A DNA stretch of 52,458 bases. Origin: a virus. Its lineage: Duplodnaviria > Caudoviricetes. Positions 43,937-52,458 of the stretch are shown piece after piece. The translations under genes were made by a program, and so were the position numbers. Position 1 is the first letter of the stretch; each line of letters opens with the position of its first letter. The DNA lies in the IMG/VR virus record IMGVR_UViG_3300045283_000148, positions 1 through 52,458 of that record; one strand, 5' to 3'. The notes under the pieces were generated by a model. That model searched no databases, was not told the DNA's origin, and was given only the letters and a program-made list of their open reading frames with translations.

Positions 43937-44410
43937 ATGATTGACATCATAGTAAAGGTTGAAGGGCCGCCGGTCGGTCCACAAGTCGCGGGCAATCTCG
44001 AAAAGATAAGGCTGCGCGTTCAGCGTGCGATCGCCAACGCTTCAAGGAAGCTCGGTGAGAACATCGTCGCCAAAGGACGCGCGGACATCAGCGCTGCCGG
44101 CAAGTTCGGCCCGCGCTGGACGTCGGGCCTGACTTTTGACGTGACAGGGCCCGAAACTACCCGCACCGTTAGCATCCGCGAGGCGGCGGCACACTGGCAA
44201 ACGCACCAGTATGGCGCCATCATTCACGGCAAGCCCCTGCTCTATTTTAAGCCCGACAGGCCGATTTTCTATCGGGGCAAGACAACCACGCCTGCGGTTA
44301 TCAGTGTGCCTAGCGTGCGCATCCCCAAACGATTCCATCTCATCGAAATTGCGCGGGCCGAATCGAAGACGTTCGGCGCGCTTTATCGTGTTGAGATGGC
44401 GACCGAGTAG
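43937..44410 (+). CDS. HK97 gp10-like neck/tail protein
   Basis: HQYGAIIHGKPLL..V.IPKR motif. Confidence 0.6.
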   Translation: MIDIIVKVEGPPVGPQVAGNLEKIRLRVQRAIANASRKLGENIVAKGRADISAAGKFGPRWTSGLTFDVTGPETTRTVSIREAAAHWQTHQYGAIIHGKPLLYFKPDRPIFYRGKTTTPAVISVPSVRIPKRFHLIEIARAESKTFGALYRVEMATE

Positions 44411-44413
44411 ACC

Positions 44414-47835
<3,422 letters not shown>

Positions 47836-47839
<4 letters not shown>

Positions 47840-48000
47840 AATCCCGTTACATGGTGGTCGAGGTCACAGACCTGCGCACCAGGGAGAAGAGCTACAAGGT
47901 GTATGAGCGCAACGCGCGGACACCGTTGACGATTGGCATTGCAACGCGCGAGGAGGCCGAAGCCAAGGTGCGCGAACTGGAAGAGGCGGAGGCAAGGTAA
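47836..48000 (+). CDS. 54-aa hypothetical protein (not in ORF track)
   Basis: MKSRYMVVEVTDLR...; ATGA and TAATG overlaps. Confidence 0.55.
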
Positions 48001-48464
48001 TGCCGATCGACATCCCGGGGCAGACGCCGTCGCTCCCCATTGGGACGTGGCTCGTGCTGTCGGTCGGTGGCGTGCCACTCTACAGCGCGCGGGGACTGGA
48101 TCAAACGCTCCAGCCGATCGACGCCGCACACGTCACTCGCAGGACCATCAACGGCACGCTGGTCGACCTGAGCGTGGACAAGTTCCACAAGTACCAGTCC
48201 AAGATCTCCTGCTCGGACGTCGAGGCTCCGGCGTTGGACGGAGTCATGCCCGGCATGGCGGTCACGGTCGACTGCGTAAGTGAATTGGTTTATCGTACTA
48301 TTGGCGGCACGCCGTCGCGCACGGTGATTGCGGGTTCGGCCCGCACGGTCGGCGATTTCACCATCTATCGTCCGCGCCTCGACATGATGGTCGTTGGATT
48401 TAATCAAAGCATTTCCGAGTATGCGCGCACCGTGCAATGGGAATTGGATTTGGAGGAGAGATAG
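48000..48464 (+). CDS. Distal tail protein-like
   Basis: YSARGLDQTL.PI, RRTING.LVDLS, KY.S.ISC.D, W.LDLEE. Confidence 0.7.
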   Translation: MPIDIPGQTPSLPIGTWLVLSVGGVPLYSARGLDQTLQPIDAAHVTRRTINGTLVDLSVDKFHKYQSKISCSDVEAPALDGVMPGMAVTVDCVSELVYRTIGGTPSRTVIAGSARTVGDFTIYRPRLDMMVVGFNQSISEYARTVQWELDLEER

Positions 48465-48541
48465 TATCATAATGAGCGTGACGGCCGAACGGTGCAAACG
48501 CTCGGCCGCCACTAAGCAAGGCAACCTTCAGGGAGGTCACC

Positions 48542-49063
48542 GTGCCATTACCAATTCGCGATATTACAGGTCAGAAGTTCGGCCGTCTAACTGCAATCAA
48601 GCGATTGGGATCGTCCAAGCGAGGGCAGTCGATCTGGCTGTGCCGCTGTGATTGCGGCAAGATAAAAGAAATCGTGCTCACGCGCTTATCTAGAGTCAAA
48701 TCTTGTGGATGTCTTCTGCGAGAGATGCACATCAACGGTAACGCCAATTTCAGGCATGGCCATTGGAAGAATTCAAAACCAACGCCAGAGCACAATGCGT
48801 GGGTTCGCATGCGACAGCGCTGTTACAATGAGAATCGCGATAACTATCGCTATTATGGTGGGCGCGGGATCACCGTCTGTGAGCGTTGGCGATCGTCATT
48901 CGAAAATTTCTTTGCTGACATGGGACCGAGGCCATCACCAGCACACAGCATCGACCGCATCAACAACGATGGCGACTACGAACCGAGCAATTGTCGGTGG
49001 GCAACACGCTCGGAGCAGATGAAGAATACACACCGATCGAAGACCTACACAAAGACGAGATAG
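48542..49063 (+). CDS. HNH endonuclease (WLC.CDCG type)
   Basis: GQKFGRLT, WLCRCDCG, YGGRGITVCERW, SIDRINNDGDYEPSNCRWAT. Confidence 0.88.
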   Translation: MPLPIRDITGQKFGRLTAIKRLGSSKRGQSIWLCRCDCGKIKEIVLTRLSRVKSCGCLLREMHINGNANFRHGHWKNSKPTPEHNAWVRMRQRCYNENRDNYRYYGGRGITVCERWRSSFENFFADMGPRPSPAHSIDRINNDGDYEPSNCRWATRSEQMKNTHRSKTYTKTR

Positions 49064-49065
49064 GG

Positions 49066-51108
49066 ATGCCTAATCAAAGCACCTTTTATATCGCTTGGGT
49101 CAATTCCACCGAAACGACCTTTGGTCCCGAACATCTTCGGGAAGATGAACTCGTGTTTAGTTTTAAGCTTACACACGACGAAGGACAATTTGCCACGCTC
49201 GAGCTTGAAATCATCAACCCTCATATTGGGCTGCTGGCACCCGGCAGGCCATTTTGGTTGTGGTTTGCATGGAGCGACGGCACAACGGTCACACCGCTGT
49301 TCTTTGGGCGGCTGGTTGGCATCCCGAGCGACCTGTTCGCTGAGGTGATCACGATCCAGTTCGTGGCCAAGCCGATCGACTACACCGAGCAGCGGCTCGC
49401 AATTGCGGCCGGCCTGCGGGTGCTGCCGTTCTTCGATCCAATCTTCATCGACGAGAAGTCGCGTGAGGACCCCGACACCGCGCTGGAAGGTTACTCGGCG
49501 CTGTATCACGTGGATCGAGTTTCGCACCATGTGTCGATTAGCGACGTGATCGCTGGGGAAGACGGCATCGTGGAGTTCACGCCGAACGATGCGTTCTACG
49601 ACAGTGTCAAGCTGGAGCTGGGCGAGGCCCCATTGATGGTGTGTGAGATCGACGCCACGGTGAGCTGGGTGCAATGCGACCACACTGGGGTGCTGCAGTT
49701 TCAGAAGCAGCAGCTCACGCCGTTATCGTCCGCTGTCGGCGATGCATTGTCAGTTCAAAATCAGGATCTTGGGAACGGCTTCAAGACCACCAAGACGCTG
49801 AATCCAAACGGCCAGACTGTGACCGGCGGCAACAGCAACTCGAACACCCTCAACATAACGTGGAGTTACGAAAATCAGGCAGAGACTCACAACGACGGCG
49901 ATACGATGTCAGTCAACGGAAGCGCGACATTTACGGGGTTGCCTGGTAGCACTCCCACTCTGGCAAATATCTTGGCTGCCCAGCAAATGACGATGGGTCC
50001 AGGCGGCGGAACCTATGAGTTTCAGCGCACTATGGTCATAGGCGATCCTTATACGGGAAGAGGGGCAGAAGGCAGCGTCACCGTGAAGTGGACGCAGCCC
50101 ATCAACACAGTCACGGCCGCGCTGCAGCAGCCGGTCGCTACCGATCTGGAGATTGCAACGGAGGTCGAGCAGAACCGTACCGAGATCATCCACGTTCGTG
50201 TCTTGGCCGATGTGCAGCCGGTTTTTACCGAGGCGACCGAGACCGAGAATAACATCAAGGAAACGCTGTCGATGCAGGCGTCGGACGTGGTCGCGGAAGG
50301 CGCGGCTACTCCCTCTGATGGCGTCTACTTCCCGACCGCGCGCGGCCTGCGGAGCCTCGAGTACCTGCTGATGGTCGCGCGGGCGCACCTGCTCGCGCGC
50401 TCGCGTGTGGTCAAGGTGTCGTGGGATTGCAAATTCAACGACATCATCGGGCTGAGTTGCCGCAAGAACGCGACGCTCGAGGATTCGCGCCTGCCAGGTG
50501 GCGGCGTGCTGGGCAAGGTCGTTAGCTACGGGATGACTGGGGCCGGCGACAGCGGCGAGTTTCTCGGTAACATCACCATCAGCAGCGCCATCGGCTACGG
50601 TAGTCCGATTGTGCTGGCCGATGGTACACCGGACTATGTCGACGCAGGGTATGTCGATCCCGGCTATCAGCACTATAGCGGCACGCTGGTGGCCGCCACC
50701 ACCAACGATATGACGTTTAGTCCCTTGGCATATGAGGCGGCTGGAATTCAGCTTCCGATCAGCGCGGATCAGGTCCTCGTTCGGCACGAATGGATCGATT
50801 CTGGACAAGCTGCGGCTGCGCAGACGGCATATGATTCCGCAATTGCAGCAGCGAGACAACTGGGGCCATTCACCGAGAGCGCGGAGATCGGCGGCATGAC
50901 CGGGCCATCCCCGGAACTGATGGCTTACGCGGCCGCGCGCGCCAACATGTTCGCTGGCGTCGACCAGGCAATTCGAGACAACCCGGCGTGGCTGGAGCTC
51001 GAGTTGAAGCCGGTGCAGGGCATCTCGACCAATGTCGAGTATGACGCCGATGTTAGTCCGCTGATGATCCCGATGCAGATCGATCTATCTGCGGGGTCAA
51101 CCCCCTGA
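49066..51108 (+). CDS. Tail tip/hub protein
   Basis: FYIAWV..., EG.FATL, PLFFGRLVG.P; large gene after the distal tail protein. Confidence 0.7.
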   Translation: MPNQSTFYIAWVNSTETTFGPEHLREDELVFSFKLTHDEGQFATLELEIINPHIGLLAPGRPFWLWFAWSDGTTVTPLFFGRLVGIPSDLFAEVITIQFVAKPIDYTEQRLAIAAGLRVLPFFDPIFIDEKSREDPDTALEGYSALYHVDRVSHHVSISDVIAGEDGIVEFTPNDAFYDSVKLELGEAPLMVCEIDATVSWVQCDHTGVLQFQKQQLTPLSSAVGDALSVQNQDLGNGFKTTKTLNPNGQTVTGGNSNSNTLNITWSYENQAETHNDGDTMSVNGSATFTGLPGSTPTLANILAAQQMTMGPGGGTYEFQRTMVIGDPYTGRGAEGSVTVKWTQPINTVTAALQQPVATDLEIATEVEQNRTEIIHVRVLADVQPVFTEATETENNIKETLSMQASDVVAEGAATPSDGVYFPTARGLRSLEYLLMVARAHLLARSRVVKVSWDCKFNDIIGLSCRKNATLEDSRLPGGGVLGKVVSYGMTGAGDSGEFLGNITISSAIGYGSPIVLADGTPDYVDAGYVDPGYQHYSGTLVAATTNDMTFSPLAYEAAGIQLPISADQVLVRHEWIDSGQAAAAQTAYDSAIAAARQLGPFTESAEIGGMTGPSPELMAYAAARANMFAGVDQAIRDNPAWLELELKPVQGISTNVEYDADVSPLMIPMQIDLSAGSTP

Positions 51109-51125
51109 AAACAGGAGTTTGAGCC

Positions 51126-51365
51126 ATGGCGAATATGGAGAAGATCATTCGGCCGCATCTGCCGCCGAATGTCGCCCCTACCAATACGATATCGACCTGT
51201 CAGGTGCCGCCTGAGAACACGGTTGTGCAATTCGGTCAGTCCAATAGCGCGCAGGCCACGACTTCGACGGCAACACTGAGCTTTGACTATTCCAATTCAG
51301 CAAAGTGGTACATGACCAAGCAGGAGCGTGAGTTCGAGTTCGGCGAGATTTTCAAGACGAGATAG
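51126..51365 (+). CDS. Small tail-module protein
   Basis: AGGAG RBS; MEKIIRP motif. Confidence 0.6.
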   Translation: MANMEKIIRPHLPPNVAPTNTISTCQVPPENTVVQFGQSNSAQATTSTATLSFDYSNSAKWYMTKQEREFEFGEIFKTR

Positions 51366-51368
51366 TCG

Positions 51369-52364
51369 ATGTTGCTCTATCGCACATCAGGCGCATGGGG
51401 CGCGGGCACAGGTGCCAACCTGACGCCTGCGCAGGTCGATGGCAACTTCTATGATGTCTCGCAGCGGGTGCAGTTCCTCGAGCTGCATCCGTCCGAGCCG
51501 GTGCTGATCACATCGTTCTCCGCGACCGGTGATCAGCTCTACATCCACATGTCGGACGGCACCATCAACGGCCCGGTCACGTTGCCGGTGGTGCGCTGGT
51601 TCTTCCGCGGGCCGTGGGCGCCGTCGACCAGTTACGCCAAAGATGACGTTGTCGTTGGTCCCGACAGCGCAGTCTATATCGTCACGTTCAACCACACTTC
51701 GTCGGCTTCCACATTTGATCCGCATGCCAACGACGGCGCGGGCCACAGTTATTATTCGCTGTTGCTGAGCGTGCCCGCGGCGACCCTGCCAACGGGCGGA
51801 GGTGCGGGTTTTGTTTTAACTAAAAACACGACTGCTAACTACGATGTGGTGTGGGCGCTTCCTGGTGCGCCGGCCGGTGGCAGCACCGGACAGGTACTGC
51901 GAAAGAACACCTCGATTGACGGCGACGCGAGTTGGCGCACGTTGGCGTTTAGCGACCTCGGCGGCATGACCATTGCTGCTACGCCAGCCGACTGGGACTA
52001 CTTGCGATGGAACGCAGCCACTAGCCGCTGGATCAATCAACAACCCCCGATGCTGCACGTTCTGTCGGCGTCGTCATGGGTGCCAGCGGTTGGCGATGAT
52101 GGTGCGTTCATGGTGCTGACCAATGGTACGACAGCCACAACTATCACCATTCCCGCCGATGCCACCACAGCGTTCCCGGTCGGGACCGAGTTGCACATCC
52201 ACCAGGACGGTACTGGCGCGGTCACAGTGGCAGCCGATAGCGGTGTAACGATGCGCAAGCACGCTAATTTTTCGAATGTTCTGCTCGGGCAATATGCGAC
52301 CGCCACCGTGAAAAAAACGGCAGCTAATGAGTGGCGTTTATTTGGTCTGCTGTCGGCGGCGTGA
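51369..52364 (+). CDS. Tail fibre/adhesin protein
   Basis: YRTSGAWGAG.G.NL.PAQVDGNF; CBM-like GPWAPSTSYAKDDVV; P.GG..GQVL.K repeats. Confidence 0.7.
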   Translation: MLLYRTSGAWGAGTGANLTPAQVDGNFYDVSQRVQFLELHPSEPVLITSFSATGDQLYIHMSDGTINGPVTLPVVRWFFRGPWAPSTSYAKDDVVVGPDSAVYIVTFNHTSSASTFDPHANDGAGHSYYSLLLSVPAATLPTGGGAGFVLTKNTTANYDVVWALPGAPAGGSTGQVLRKNTSIDGDASWRTLAFSDLGGMTIAATPADWDYLRWNAATSRWINQQPPMLHVLSASSWVPAVGDDGAFMVLTNGTTATTITIPADATTAFPVGTELHIHQDGTGAVTVAADSGVTMRKHANFSNVLLGQYATATVKKTAANEWRLFGLLSAA

Positions 52365-52458
52365 GATGATTTCATGGGATACGAGGAGGAGCGCAAGCAG
52401 GCACACGTGGTGCGGTTTTACGGCAAGGAGGGCACCGACAACGAGGATTTCTGGATCG

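Overview
The window looks like an essentially complete (~52.2 kb, circularly permuted) temperate tailed phage genome with a non-contractile, siphovirus-type tail. The host is probably an Alphaproteobacterium, likely Rhizobiales, judging from the GcrA homologue, the GTTC-N7-GTTC box and high GC. Bases 120-246 are identical to 52332-52458 (127 bp), which closes the circle; bases 1-119 are a divergent allele of the last gene. Modules in order: (i) distal tail/adhesin genes (162-3002) plus a YkgJ-like Cys-cluster gene; (ii) a leftward early arm with an array of about 13 small, translationally coupled genes joined by a repeated ~24-bp junction motif, a C5 methyltransferase with an overprinted second frame, putative attP, tyrosine integrase, HNH, DUF1367, Bet recombinase and a NUMOD4-HNH; (iii) a lambda-like cI/cro switch with six ATGC-N5-GCAT operators; (iv) a rightward arm with GcrA, MT-A70, a DnaA C-terminal domain protein, a YdaU-like initiator, two tandem ParB-like genes, a near-consensus parS and a NusG-like antiterminator; (v) packaging and head genes (TerS, PBSX TerL, XF1762/Mom-like, DUF1073 portal, gpF, DUF2213, DUF2184 capsid), with lysis and collagen-fibre genes embedded in the head module; (vi) neck and tail genes with a Gln/Leu-repeat tape measure. 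All family calls come from motif recognition by eye, not database searches.
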